From Spirochaetia bacterium (GTDB lineage Bacteria > Spirochaetota > Spirochaetia > DSM-2461): a DNA stretch of 64,000 nt. The stretch lies in assembly GCA_963668315.1 (NCBI GenBank), contig OY764216.1, positions 5,536,001 to 5,600,000 on the forward strand, given 5' to 3'. The notes beneath the pieces are model-generated. The model did not search any database, was not told the origin of the DNA, and was given only the letters and a program-made list of their open reading frames with translations. The translations under genes were made by a program, and so were the position numbers. Positions 1-9,806 of this stretch are shown piece by piece; the first letter of the stretch is position 1; the number at the start of each line of letters is the position of its first letter.

Positions 1-717
1 GAATCGGATGCTTCCCTGGGGGCGAGAATCCTTCGCTGTGTGAATTCGTCGGCCTATGCAACGCGGGAGCGAGTGACCAATCTCCAGCAGGCGATCAGCT
101 ACCTTGGGCTGCGTCAGATTCGAAGTCTGGCGTTGACGGCGAGCGTTGCTGAGATGTTCGCCAAGGATGAAACGATCGGTCCCTATCGACGACGCGACCT
201 TTGGAGCCACTCGGTGGCGGTCGGGATATGCTCCCGGTTGATTGCCATGCGTCAGAAATCCGCGGATTTTGAAGATGCATTTGCCGCGGGGCTGCTTCAC
301 GATATTGGGATCGTGCTCGAAGACCAATACGTTCACGAGCCATTCCGGCAAGTCGTCCAGTCCCTCGATTCGGAGACGCCGCTGAGCGAAGTGGAACGGA
401 AGATCCTGGGATTTGACCACACACAACTTGGTTTGAAGGTTGCCGAACTCTGGCGTTTGCCGAGCAGTGTCAAGGCGGCGATCGGATACCACCACAAGTC
501 GGTCAATTATCGCGGCGAGGACGTGACAATTGTGCGGTGTGTGGAAGTGGCAAACCTGATCTGCACCGTGAAAGGGTACCCGTCCGTTGGAGTGAAACTG
601 GTGCGGCCATCTCAACCAGCCCTGAACGCCCTTTCGCTGACGAAGGAACATATCCTGGTTTTAGCGAAGGACTTGGACGAGGAGTTGACCAGGAATGCCG
701 TGTTGTTCGAACTCTGA
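1..717 (+). CDS. HDOD domain protein (5' end outside the window)
   Basis: Frame open from base 1 (ESDASLGARILRCVNSSAY...); LWSHS, AGLLHDIG, GFDHTQLG...W.LP...I.YHH are HDOD motifs. Confidence 0.85.
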   Translation, partial: ESDASLGARILRCVNSSAYATRERVTNLQQAISYLGLRQIRSLALTASVAEMFAKDETIGPYRRRDLWSHSVAVGICSRLIAMRQKSADFEDAFAAGLLHDIGIVLEDQYVHEPFRQVVQSLDSETPLSEVERKILGFDHTQLGLKVAELWRLPSSVKAAIGYHHKSVNYRGEDVTIVRCVEVANLICTVKGYPSVGVKLVRPSQPALNALSLTKEHILVLAKDLDEELTRNAVLFEL

Positions 718-2869
718 GGCTTCCGCCGCGAAGGCGGCGGCGAGCATCGAAGACGTGATTGCGTTTGCCACAGCGGGGGCGTCCGGTTTTGATGGATCGC
801 GCCGCGTTGCGGAGGCGTTCCGCGGCTTTGCGCCGAGGCTTGTCTGTCTGGTCTTTCCGGATCAGTCGACCGTTCCGCTCAATCGTGAATGCGCCGAGGA
901 AGAAGTCCGGTGGATTGAAGAAGCGGCAAGCCGGTTTGTGGATCTCAAGGCGGGCGAGACGCGATCGGTTCGCGTCGCATCGAAGGGCGGTCCGGTGACT
1001 GTGAGGGCCGCAGCCCTGCCCCCCGACGCAAGCCACGGGATTCTCCTGTGCGTTCATGACGAGGCCGGCGATTTCGATCGGCCCGAGATCTCATCCGAGT
1101 CGGCCATGTTGGCCGGTCTGACATGGCGGGTCGCAACCGACGAGGTGGACACGGTTTCTCTCCGGACTCGGGTGGAGCAACTCGCGGCGGAACACGAGGC
1201 CCTCCAGACGTCCTACACGCGGTCACTTACTCAAGCGGTCGAAGAACGAGACGAACGGCTCCGGGAGCAACAGGAGCACACAAGTCGCCTGCAGGCGATC
1301 ATGATGGCAGCGGCTGAGGGGATTGTCACGATCGATGAGAAGGGGGCCATCGAGTCGTTCAATTTTGCGGCGACCGAGATCTTCCGATACGCCCCCGAAG
1401 AGGTGATCGGCACGGACGTTTCGATCCTGTTTCCGTCGGCGTTGCAGAAGGACGAAGACATCTTCTGGAACTCGCTTTCCTCGCACGGCGAAGCGGCGAG
1501 GCAGGCCTCGTCGCATGAACTGCCAGGACGGCGCAAGGACGGATCAACTTTTCCGCTGGAAATCTCCATTAGTCATGTGGCGTTGCAGGATCGCATCCTC
1601 ACGACGGCGATCCTCCGCGACATCACCGAGCGCAAGGAGGCCGAACGAGAACTGCGGCGGCTTCATCTGTTCAATCGCATGGTGTTGGATTCTGCAGGCG
1701 AGGGGATTGTCGGGCTGGATCGGGAAGGGCGAGTCGCCTTTGCCAATCCGGTGGCCGAACAGTTGTTTGGTCGGGAGGTCTCGACCATGGTTGGGCTCTC
1801 GCTTCACTCGATGACGCATCATTCCCGGTTGAACGGGGCTCCCTATCCCTGGCAGGATTGTCCCATCTACCGGGCCGTGTCCGAAGGAGCCGTCCATCGC
1901 GAAGACGGCGAGGTCTTCTGGCGCGAAGACGGCACGAATTTTCCCGTCGAATATGTTGCCACTCCAATGCGTGAAGAGGACGAGATCATCGGCGCCGTTC
2001 TCACTTTCCGCGACATCAGCCAGCGCCGCACGCTCGAAGGGCAGCTCATCCAGGCGCAGAAGTTGGAATCGATCGGGCAGCTTGCGGCGGGAATCGCACA
2101 CGAGATCAACACGCCGACCCAGTTCATTGGCGACAATCTCCGCTTTTTGAAGGAGGCCTTTGAAGAACTGGAGCCGGCGCTTGTGGGCCTTGAGCAAATG
2201 GCCGGGGAAGAGGCGGCGACCGCTCATGCGGCTTTGGGGGCCGCCGGCGTGCCGACAACTCCGGATCCCGACGATCTCGCCTATCTCATGGAAGAAGTGC
2301 CCAAAGCGATTTCCCAATCGCTGGAAGGAGTGGAGCGGGTTGCCAGAATCGTCCGATCCATGAAGGAGTTCTCCCATCCGGGCGCCGACGAAATGCAGAG
2401 CGTCGATCTGAACCGCGCAATCGAAAGCACACTCACCGTTTGCCGAAACGAATGGAAATACGTGGCGGACGTGGTGACCGACCTCGATCCCGACCTTCCC
2501 TTGGTCACTTGCCTTCCGGGAGAATGCAATCAGGTCTTCCTGAACCTCATTATCAACGCGTCGCACGCGATTGCCGAGGCGGCGCGAGGGGACAACGACG
2601 CCAAGGGGACGATCACGGTCCAGACCAGGAGTTCGCCGGAAGCGGTCGAGATCCGAATCACCGACACAGGCACGGGAATCCCGCCCGAACATCGCAGCAA
2701 GCTCTTCGATCCTTTCTTCACCACGAAGGAGGTCGGACGCGGCACCGGACAGGGTCTGGCCATTGCCCGATCGGTCGTGGTCGAGAAGCACGGCGGGGCA
2801 ATCTGGTTCGATTCGGAACTCGGGCGCGGGACCACGTTCGTCGTGCAACTGCCGATCGCCACAACGTAA
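695..2869 (+). CDS. PAS-PAS sensor histidine kinase
   Basis: Two PAS/PAC repeats, H-box LAAGIAHEINTP, N-box NLIINA, DTGTGI, FDPFFTTK, GTGQGL; start codon uncertain. Confidence 0.9.
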   Translation: MPCCSNSEASAAKAAASIEDVIAFATAGASGFDGSRRVAEAFRGFAPRLVCLVFPDQSTVPLNRECAEEEVRWIEEAASRFVDLKAGETRSVRVASKGGPVTVRAAALPPDASHGILLCVHDEAGDFDRPEISSESAMLAGLTWRVATDEVDTVSLRTRVEQLAAEHEALQTSYTRSLTQAVEERDERLREQQEHTSRLQAIMMAAAEGIVTIDEKGAIESFNFAATEIFRYAPEEVIGTDVSILFPSALQKDEDIFWNSLSSHGEAARQASSHELPGRRKDGSTFPLEISISHVALQDRILTTAILRDITERKEAERELRRLHLFNRMVLDSAGEGIVGLDREGRVAFANPVAEQLFGREVSTMVGLSLHSMTHHSRLNGAPYPWQDCPIYRAVSEGAVHREDGEVFWREDGTNFPVEYVATPMREEDEIIGAVLTFRDISQRRTLEGQLIQAQKLESIGQLAAGIAHEINTPTQFIGDNLRFLKEAFEELEPALVGLEQMAGEEAATAHAALGAAGVPTTPDPDDLAYLMEEVPKAISQSLEGVERVARIVRSMKEFSHPGADEMQSVDLNRAIESTLTVCRNEWKYVADVVTDLDPDLPLVTCLPGECNQVFLNLIINASHAIAEAARGDNDAKGTITVQTRSSPEAVEIRITDTGTGIPPEHRSKLFDPFFTTKEVGRGTGQGLAIARSVVVEKHGGAIWFDSELGRGTTFVVQLPIATT

Positions 2870-2879
2870 GGGTGCCAGA

Positions 2880-4040
2880 GTGAAACCACGACTACTTTTC
2901 GTCGACGACAGCCGCCAGGTCCTGGACGGACTTGCGCGGATGCTGCGTACCCAGGAAGCGCAGTGGGACATGACCTACATCGATGATCCGGGCGCGGCGT
3001 GGGAGCTCCTGCTGAAAGAGACCTTCGACGCGGCGGTTCTCGACGTCATGATGCCGGGGATCACCGGTCTTGAGCTTCTCGAACGGATGCGCTCCCTCGA
3101 TCGGACCGCAGAGATTCCCGTTGTCATGCTGACCGGGCTCGGTGACGGTAATCTGAAACGGCGGGCCCTGGATCTTGGCGCAACGGACCTTCTCGGCAAA
3201 CCGATTCAGTGCGAGGATTTGATTGCGAGGTTGCGCAGCGTGCTCCGAATCAAGGCGTTCCAGGATCAACTCCAACGGCAGACGGCCGAGTTGGAGAAGA
3301 CGGTCCGCATGCGAACGGCCGAGTTGTACCGTTCCCGACTGGAGGCGATCTGGCGTCTGGGAAAAGCGGCCGAACACCGCGATAACGACACCGGGAATCA
3401 TGTCATCCGGGTGGGATGCATGAGTCGGGCCGTGGCGGAGACCCTGGGAATGGATCGTCAGTTTGTGGAAACGCTTTTCGTCGCTTCGCCCCTTCACGAC
3501 ATTGGCAAGATCGGAATCCCCGACGCGATCCTCATGAAGCAGGGTCCGCTCACGGACGCGGAACGCCAGGTGATGCAGCGTCACTGCTGGATTGGGGAGC
3601 GAATCCTCCGTGAAGACGCGCAGCCGGCTCGAATTTTCGCCGACCTCATGCGGATGCCCGAGTTGGACACCGTAGCCCCGATCCAGAATCCATGGCTCGA
3701 AGTGGCAGCGAGCATCGCGCTGACGCACCACGAGAAGTGGGACGGATCGGGCTACCCCATCGGGCTGTGCGGAGCGGAGATCCCCCTCGAATCGCGGATT
3801 ATTGCCGTTGTCGACGTGTTCGACGCCTTGCGTTCCGAGCGACCGTACAAGCGTGCTTTTTCCGAGGAGCGATCGCTGGCGATCATGGAGGAAGGGCGGG
3901 GGACGCATTTTGCTCCCGAGATCTACGATGCCTTCCTGAAAACGTTGCCCGAGTTGCGAGAAATCCGACAGCAATTGAACGACGATCCCGTGTCCCGCAG
4001 CCGTGAGGAGTCGGAGAATGAACCGAATCTTGTTCGTTGA
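2880..4040 (+). CDS. Response regulator with HD-GYP phosphodiesterase domain
   Basis: GTG start at 2880; REC (FVDD, LDVMMPG, GKP); LHDIGK and HHEKWDGSGYP intact. Confidence 0.9.
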   Translation: MKPRLLFVDDSRQVLDGLARMLRTQEAQWDMTYIDDPGAAWELLLKETFDAAVLDVMMPGITGLELLERMRSLDRTAEIPVVMLTGLGDGNLKRRALDLGATDLLGKPIQCEDLIARLRSVLRIKAFQDQLQRQTAELEKTVRMRTAELYRSRLEAIWRLGKAAEHRDNDTGNHVIRVGCMSRAVAETLGMDRQFVETLFVASPLHDIGKIGIPDAILMKQGPLTDAERQVMQRHCWIGERILREDAQPARIFADLMRMPELDTVAPIQNPWLEVAASIALTHHEKWDGSGYPIGLCGAEIPLESRIIAVVDVFDALRSERPYKRAFSEERSLAIMEEGRGTHFAPEIYDAFLKTLPELREIRQQLNDDPVSRSREESENEPNLVR

Positions 4041-5193
4041 TGACGAGCCGAAGATCCTGACGGGCCTGCGGCGGATGCTTCGGAGCATGCGGTGCGAGTG
4101 GGAAATGGAGTTCGCCGAGGGAGGCTGCAATGCGCTCGAACTCCTCCAACGGCAGAGCTTTGATGTCGTGGTGAGCGACGCCAGAATGCCCGGGATGGAG
4201 GGCTCGGAGTTGTTGGAGCGAGTGCGTCACGATTATCCGGACACGGTGCGGATGATTCTGTCCGGGCAGTGCGGGCGAGATTCCGTCCTCCGGTGCGTGG
4301 GGGCCGCGCACCAGTTCCTGAGCAAGCCGTGCGATCCCGAGACCTTGAAAGACGCCATACGGAGCGTATGCCGACTGCGGGAGCGCGTTTGCGATGCCGA
4401 AGCCCGGGCCGCCGTATCGCGGATCGATTCGCTTCCCTGCCGGCTCGAGTCGCACGCCGCGTTGGTGCGGCAAGCGGAAACGGAAGCGACGCCGCTTCGG
4501 CAGATGGCGGAAACGGTCTGTGCCGATGTGGCGATGAGCATGAAGATCATTCAGTTGGTCAGTTCGGGCTTTTTCGGCACGCCGCAGCGCACCATTGGAG
4601 TTGAGCGGGCCGCGGAACTCCTCGGCGGCGACACGTTGCGAGCGCTCGTGTTCGCGACGAATGCGTTTCGCCCTGCGGAAACCGGCGAGGCCGAAGAGGA
4701 GTTGTTGACGCAACTCACGCAGCACAGTCTGGCTGTAGCCGCCGCGGCACGGCAGATTGCCGAGACGGTTACGAGCGACCGCAAGGTGATCGTTCATGCC
4801 TATTTGGCCGGCTTGTTTCACGAGGTCGGCTCGCTGGTTCCTGTGACGCAGCCGCTTCGGGAACTCCCCGAGCGCTGCGAGGGGAAACGCGAGGGGGCCT
4901 GCACGTGCGAGTTCCGGGCGGGAGGCTATCTGGCCGCCCTGTGGGGGCTGCCTCTGGAAGTGGCGATCGCCGTGGGCAGCCATCGATCCCCCGATGAGAA
5001 TGACAGCCAAGGCTTCAACGCTCTGACCGCAGTCCATGTAGCCGACGCGTGCATTACCGTTTGCCCTGACCTGCACGAGCGCGGTTCGGGCGAGGTGAAC
5101 CGGGTTTACCTGACGCGTATTGGCTGTGCCAGTCGCCTGCGGCAGTGGCAAGAGATTTGTCATGCAATCCAACCGAGCGAGGTGCTCCTATGA
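4018..5193 (+). CDS. Response regulator with HDOD domain
   Basis: REC (FVDDE, SDARMPG, SKP) followed by HDOD-like SSGFFG, AGLFHEVG, LWGLP. Confidence 0.85.
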   Translation: MNRILFVDDEPKILTGLRRMLRSMRCEWEMEFAEGGCNALELLQRQSFDVVVSDARMPGMEGSELLERVRHDYPDTVRMILSGQCGRDSVLRCVGAAHQFLSKPCDPETLKDAIRSVCRLRERVCDAEARAAVSRIDSLPCRLESHAALVRQAETEATPLRQMAETVCADVAMSMKIIQLVSSGFFGTPQRTIGVERAAELLGGDTLRALVFATNAFRPAETGEAEEELLTQLTQHSLAVAAAARQIAETVTSDRKVIVHAYLAGLFHEVGSLVPVTQPLRELPERCEGKREGACTCEFRAGGYLAALWGLPLEVAIAVGSHRSPDENDSQGFNALTAVHVADACITVCPDLHERGSGEVNRVYLTRIGCASRLRQWQEICHAIQPSEVLL

Positions 5194-6386
5194 GCGAACG
5201 CATTCTCTGCGTCGATGACGACTCCAATATCCTCCTGGGCTATCAGCGGGCCTTGCGGAAACGTTTCTCGCTGGAGGTTGCCCTGGGAGGGGAAGAGGCA
5301 CTCGAGGCGATTTCGACAGAAGGTCCTTATGCGATCGTCGTGGCGGACATGCGCATGCCCGGAATGAACGGCGTGGAACTTCTGGCAGAAGTCAAACGGC
5401 GCACTCCGAAGACCGTGCGGATGATGCTCACGGGAAATGCGGATCAGCAGACCGCGTTGGAGGCGGTCAACGAGGGCCAGATCTTCCGTTTCATGAACAA
5501 GCCTTGCGAGCCCGAGACGTTTGCCAAGGCCCTCGAAGCGGGGTTGGAGCAGTACCGACTGGTGTGTGCGGAGCAGGAGCTTCTTTCGAAGACCCTCAGC
5601 GGCAGCATCAAGGTTCTGACCGATGTTCTGACCCTGGCATGTCCCACGGCTTTTGGGCGGACGTCACGGATCCGGAATCTCGCACACACCCTTTCCGTGA
5701 AGCTCAACGATGACGAGCAGTGGATGACCGATATCGCGGCTCTTCTCTCGCAGATTGGATGCATCGGCCTTCCGGACGGCATCCTGGAGAAGATCCACGA
5801 GGGCGAGGAATTGCAGGAGGATGAGGCCGAGGCCTTCGCCGTGCATCCCATGCTTGGGCGGGATCTGATCAAGAACATCCCGCGTCTTGAACGGGTCGCG
5901 GAGATCGTCTCCTACCAGCAGAAGCACTTTGACGGCGGCGGGAGTCCACGAGATCTCTGCCAGGGCGAGTCAATTCCCCTGGGAAGCCGCATTCTCAAGG
6001 TCGCGTTGGATTTCGACCACCTCATATCCCATTCAAGCACCCACGAAATGGCGGTGGCCGAAATGCTCCACCGCAAGGGTTGGTACGATCCTCGGGTATT
6101 GGACGCGCTGCGGGGCATTCTCAACGTTACGGAAGCCCACATCGTCCAGGACCTGGGGATCGACGAGTTGGCGGACGGCATGATTCTGGCGAAGGACGTC
6201 AAGTCGATTCAGGGCACGATGCTGTGCGCCAAGGGGCAGGAAGTTACTCGCGCCGTTCGTCTTCGCCTGCGGAATTTCGAGTGCAATCTTGGAATTCGCG
6301 GTCCGATCACCGTGTTCATTCCCATGGGGCTCGCGGAACGGCTGGCGGCCCAGGGAGTCGAGTGGGCGGCACCCTACCATGCATGA
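5190..6386 (+). CDS. Response regulator with degenerate HD/HD-GYP-like domain
   Basis: REC (CVDDD, ADMRMPG, NKP); LSQIG in place of LHDIG, QQKHFDGGGSP in place of HHExxDGxGYP, IPLGSRIL retained. Confidence 0.85.
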   Translation: MSERILCVDDDSNILLGYQRALRKRFSLEVALGGEEALEAISTEGPYAIVVADMRMPGMNGVELLAEVKRRTPKTVRMMLTGNADQQTALEAVNEGQIFRFMNKPCEPETFAKALEAGLEQYRLVCAEQELLSKTLSGSIKVLTDVLTLACPTAFGRTSRIRNLAHTLSVKLNDDEQWMTDIAALLSQIGCIGLPDGILEKIHEGEELQEDEAEAFAVHPMLGRDLIKNIPRLERVAEIVSYQQKHFDGGGSPRDLCQGESIPLGSRILKVALDFDHLISHSSTHEMAVAEMLHRKGWYDPRVLDALRGILNVTEAHIVQDLGIDELADGMILAKDVKSIQGTMLCAKGQEVTRAVRLRLRNFECNLGIRGPITVFIPMGLAERLAAQGVEWAAPYHA

Positions 6387-9261
6387 CGCCCCTTTTATCA
6401 CCGACCATGTGGCAGAAGTCGAACCGACCACGATGAATCAGGAAATGAAGATCTCCTCGGATTCGCTTGCGTCCGCCTTGGGCGAGGCCATCGACAGTCG
6501 CGAGAACTCGCTCGCGGAGCTGGCCGTCAATTCTCTGCCCGACCTGGTCTACGTGGTGGACCGGGAGGGACGCCTGCTTTTCTGGAATCGCGCCCTCGCC
6601 GCGAGGACCGGCTACTGTGACGAGGAACTTCGATTGCTGGGTTCGGAGCAGTTCTTTCCGCCGGAGGAACGTCAACGAGTCCGCGCCTCGACGGCGAAAG
6701 CGTGGCAAGAGGGCGCCGCCAGCATCCAAGCGCACGTTCTCGCCAAGAGCGGAGAACGGATCGCATATGAGTTCTCGAGCACCCTTCTGCGCCATTCGGA
6801 CGGGACGCCTTTCGCCCTCTGCGGCGCGGCAAGGGATCTCAGTGAACGTCTGGCATTCGAAACCGCCTTGCGAGAAAGCGAACTTCGATCGCAAGCGTTG
6901 TTCGAGTCATCGCGGGACGCCATGATGGTGATCGGCGACGACGGACGTTTTGCCGCGGGCAATTCTTCCGCCCTGGAGATGTTCGGTTGCCGCTCGGAGG
7001 AGGAGTTCTGCCTGCACACCCCAGGTTCGTTTTCTCCAGAGCGTCAGCCGGACGGCGAGCCGTCGGAGGAGGCGGCCCAGAAGCGAATCGCAAAAGCTAT
7101 GGAGGAGGGCTCCCATTTCTTCGATTGGGCGCATTGCCGCGCCGACGGGAGCGAGTTCGAGGCGTCGGTGCTTCTGACCCGCATCGAACTGGAAGGCCAA
7201 CAGCACATCCACGCCACGGTCCGCGACGTGAGCGTGGAAAGGGCGATCCAGCGGGCGCTCCGCGCCAACGAGCAGAAACTGCGGACCATCACGGAGTCGG
7301 CCCTCGACGCCATCGTGATGGTCGACGCCGCGGGGAAGATCGTGCATTGGAACGCCGCCGCGTCGACGATGTTCGGATACGCTTCCGACGAGGTCATGGG
7401 AAAGGACCCCCATGAGATCCTGGTCCCGCCGGGACTGCAGGAAACAGCCCGTCGCGGCATGGCGGCCTTCGCCCGACACGGAACCGGAGCGGCCGTCGGT
7501 CGCATCCGGGAACTGACGGCGCTGCACAAGACCGGACGCCGCTTCCCGATTGAAGTTTCCATCTCGGCTGTCCGCGCGGACAACGGCTGGGCGGCTGTGG
7601 CGGTGCTTCGCGACATCAGTGAACGGCGGCGACTGGAGATGTCCCTTCAGAAGCAGACGGCGGAATTGACCGCGAAGGTGCGGGAACTCAGTTGCCTGGA
7701 GCGAGCATCCAACGTTTTCGAGAAGAGCCATCTTGCGCCCCGCGAGATCGTTGCACAGGTCGTGGAACTGTTGCCCAACGCGGTGAGCGAACCGGAGAAC
7801 GCGTGTGCGAGAATTGTCTATCACGACTACGAGATCGAAACGCCGGGATTCAGCGAGACTTCCATGCGTTTGTCTGTGCCTCTGAGTGTCGGAACGGGGC
7901 TAGTGGGTACGCTCGCGGTGGGCTATCGAGAAAGCGAAGGGGCCGCGTCCCAAGGGGGCTTTTCTCTCGAAGAACGCCACCTCCTGGAGCATCTGTCGGG
8001 ACGCCTTGGACGCGCCATCGAACGATACCTGAGCAACGCGGAGATCAAGTCACTCAACCAGAAGCTCGAACTGATCTTCGCGGCCACGCGAACGCGTTTT
8101 CTGCTGACGGACGAAGACTGTATCGTGCGTTACGCCGATCCGGAAACGCAGCGGAAGTACGGCTCCCTGGCGAACCAGAAATGCAGCCGTTACCTCTTCC
8201 TTTCTCAAGGTCGATGTCCCGGTTGCCCGAAGGAGACGCCCGAGGCCCGCGACGGAACGGTGGTGACCCATTTCACGCTTCCGCTCGAGAAGGATCGGAT
8301 CTTCCAACGAACCTCCGTGCCGATCCGTTCCCACTCGGGCGAGCTGATGTTCGCTGCCGTTCTCGTTGACGTAACCGAGCACAAAGCGCTCGAGGTGAAG
8401 CTGAACCAGGCTCGAAAGCTCGAAGCCGTTGGGGAACTGGCTGCCGGCATCGCGCACGAAATCAACACCCCCACCCAGTTCGTCGGCGACAATACTCGCT
8501 TTCTGCGCGAAGGATTTCAGGACGTGGAACAGATTCTCGAGAAGCTGGACACCCTCCTCGACGCGGCGAAAACGGGAACCGTCGACCCGGCCACGGTGGA
8601 GCAGATTCGCGCCGTCGTCGAGGAAGTGGATGCAAGCTATCTCCGCAAAGAGATTCCCCTGTCCATCGAACAAGCCCTGGAAGGCGTCGGTCAGATCGGC
8701 AAGATCGTCCGGGCCATGAAGGAGTTTTCACATCCCGGCAGCAAAGAAAAGCAGGCCATCGACATCAATCGGGCCCTTGAGAACACGCTCACGGTGTCGC
8801 GAGGAGAATGGAAGCACGTCGCCGAACTCGTCACCGATTTCGAGCCGGACCTTCCTTCCGTTCCGTGCTTCCCCGCCGATCTCAACCAGGCGATGCTCAA
8901 TATCATCGTCAACGCCGCCCATGCCATCACGGAAACCGAATCGGGACACGGCACAATCACCGTTCGCACCAGGCAGCAGGACAACGCGATCGTAATCGAA
9001 ATCGAAGATACGGGTTGCGGAGTTCCCGCGGATATCCGGCCTCGTATTTTCGACCACTTCTTCACCACCAAGGAGGTCGGCAAGGGAACCGGCCAGGGAT
9101 TGACGATTGCCCACAGCGTCATCGTTGAGAACCACGGCGGAACACTGGATTTCGAGAGCGAAGTGGGCAAGGGAACCACGTTCACCATTCGGCTCCCCCT
9201 GAACGACCAGAGAATGGAGCCGCAGAAGCCGGCACCATGCACGACCACCGCCCAAACATGA
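6379..9261 (+). CDS. Multi-PAS sensor histidine kinase
   Basis: Three PAS/PAC repeats, a GAF-like segment, a fourth PAS, then AHEINTP, NIIVNA, DTGCGV, FFTTK, GTGQGL; start uncertain. Confidence 0.9.
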   Translation: MHDAPFITDHVAEVEPTTMNQEMKISSDSLASALGEAIDSRENSLAELAVNSLPDLVYVVDREGRLLFWNRALAARTGYCDEELRLLGSEQFFPPEERQRVRASTAKAWQEGAASIQAHVLAKSGERIAYEFSSTLLRHSDGTPFALCGAARDLSERLAFETALRESELRSQALFESSRDAMMVIGDDGRFAAGNSSALEMFGCRSEEEFCLHTPGSFSPERQPDGEPSEEAAQKRIAKAMEEGSHFFDWAHCRADGSEFEASVLLTRIELEGQQHIHATVRDVSVERAIQRALRANEQKLRTITESALDAIVMVDAAGKIVHWNAAASTMFGYASDEVMGKDPHEILVPPGLQETARRGMAAFARHGTGAAVGRIRELTALHKTGRRFPIEVSISAVRADNGWAAVAVLRDISERRRLEMSLQKQTAELTAKVRELSCLERASNVFEKSHLAPREIVAQVVELLPNAVSEPENACARIVYHDYEIETPGFSETSMRLSVPLSVGTGLVGTLAVGYRESEGAASQGGFSLEERHLLEHLSGRLGRAIERYLSNAEIKSLNQKLELIFAATRTRFLLTDEDCIVRYADPETQRKYGSLANQKCSRYLFLSQGRCPGCPKETPEARDGTVVTHFTLPLEKDRIFQRTSVPIRSHSGELMFAAVLVDVTEHKALEVKLNQARKLEAVGELAAGIAHEINTPTQFVGDNTRFLREGFQDVEQILEKLDTLLDAAKTGTVDPATVEQIRAVVEEVDASYLRKEIPLSIEQALEGVGQIGKIVRAMKEFSHPGSKEKQAIDINRALENTLTVSRGEWKHVAELVTDFEPDLPSVPCFPADLNQAMLNIIVNAAHAITETESGHGTITVRTRQQDNAIVIEIEDTGCGVPADIRPRIFDHFFTTKEVGKGTGQGLTIAHSVIVENHGGTLDFESEVGKGTTFTIRLPLNDQRMEPQKPAPCTTTAQT

Positions 9262-9274
9262 GGAGACTCCATCC

Positions 9275-9682
9275 ATGAACCACTCCGTACTACTGGTCGA
9301 CGACGACAGCAATCTGCTGCACGGGCTGACGCGCGCCCTTCGGCATCAACCCTTCGACCTTTTCACCGTGCGATCCGCAGAAGAGGCCATGGACGTCCTG
9401 AAACGGCGGCCCATCCGCGTTGTCGTAGCCGACGAGCAAATGCCCGGCATGTCGGGCGGTGATCTGTTGGCCTGGGTGGCGGAGAACTTCCCTGAAACGA
9501 CGCGGATTGTACTTACGGGGCACCCCACAGCCGAACGGGCCATTCGCGCCATCAACGAGGGGGTTGTCTATCACTATTTCACGAAGCCCTGCAATCCTGT
9601 CGAGCTGGCGATCTCCATCCGGAAGGCGTTGGAAGAGCAGGATGGGGCCCAAGTGTCGCAGGATCCTGCCACCACCACGTAG
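9275..9682 (+). CDS. Single-domain response regulator
   Basis: LVDDD, ADEQMPG, VLTG, TKP; RBS GAGGAG upstream. Confidence 0.9.
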   Translation: MNHSVLLVDDDSNLLHGLTRALRHQPFDLFTVRSAEEAMDVLKRRPIRVVVADEQMPGMSGGDLLAWVAENFPETTRIVLTGHPTAERAIRAINEGVVYHYFTKPCNPVELAISIRKALEEQDGAQVSQDPATTT

Positions 9683-9806
9683 CACTCGTCACGATCGGCG
9701 AAGCGTCAGCTCTGTCGGAAACGGTGCTCGGCCTTGTCCAGTCGTTGCTCGATTTCAGCGACAATGTCGCGAACTTCTCCAAGATCGCTTTCCTGAAGAT
9801 GCTTTG

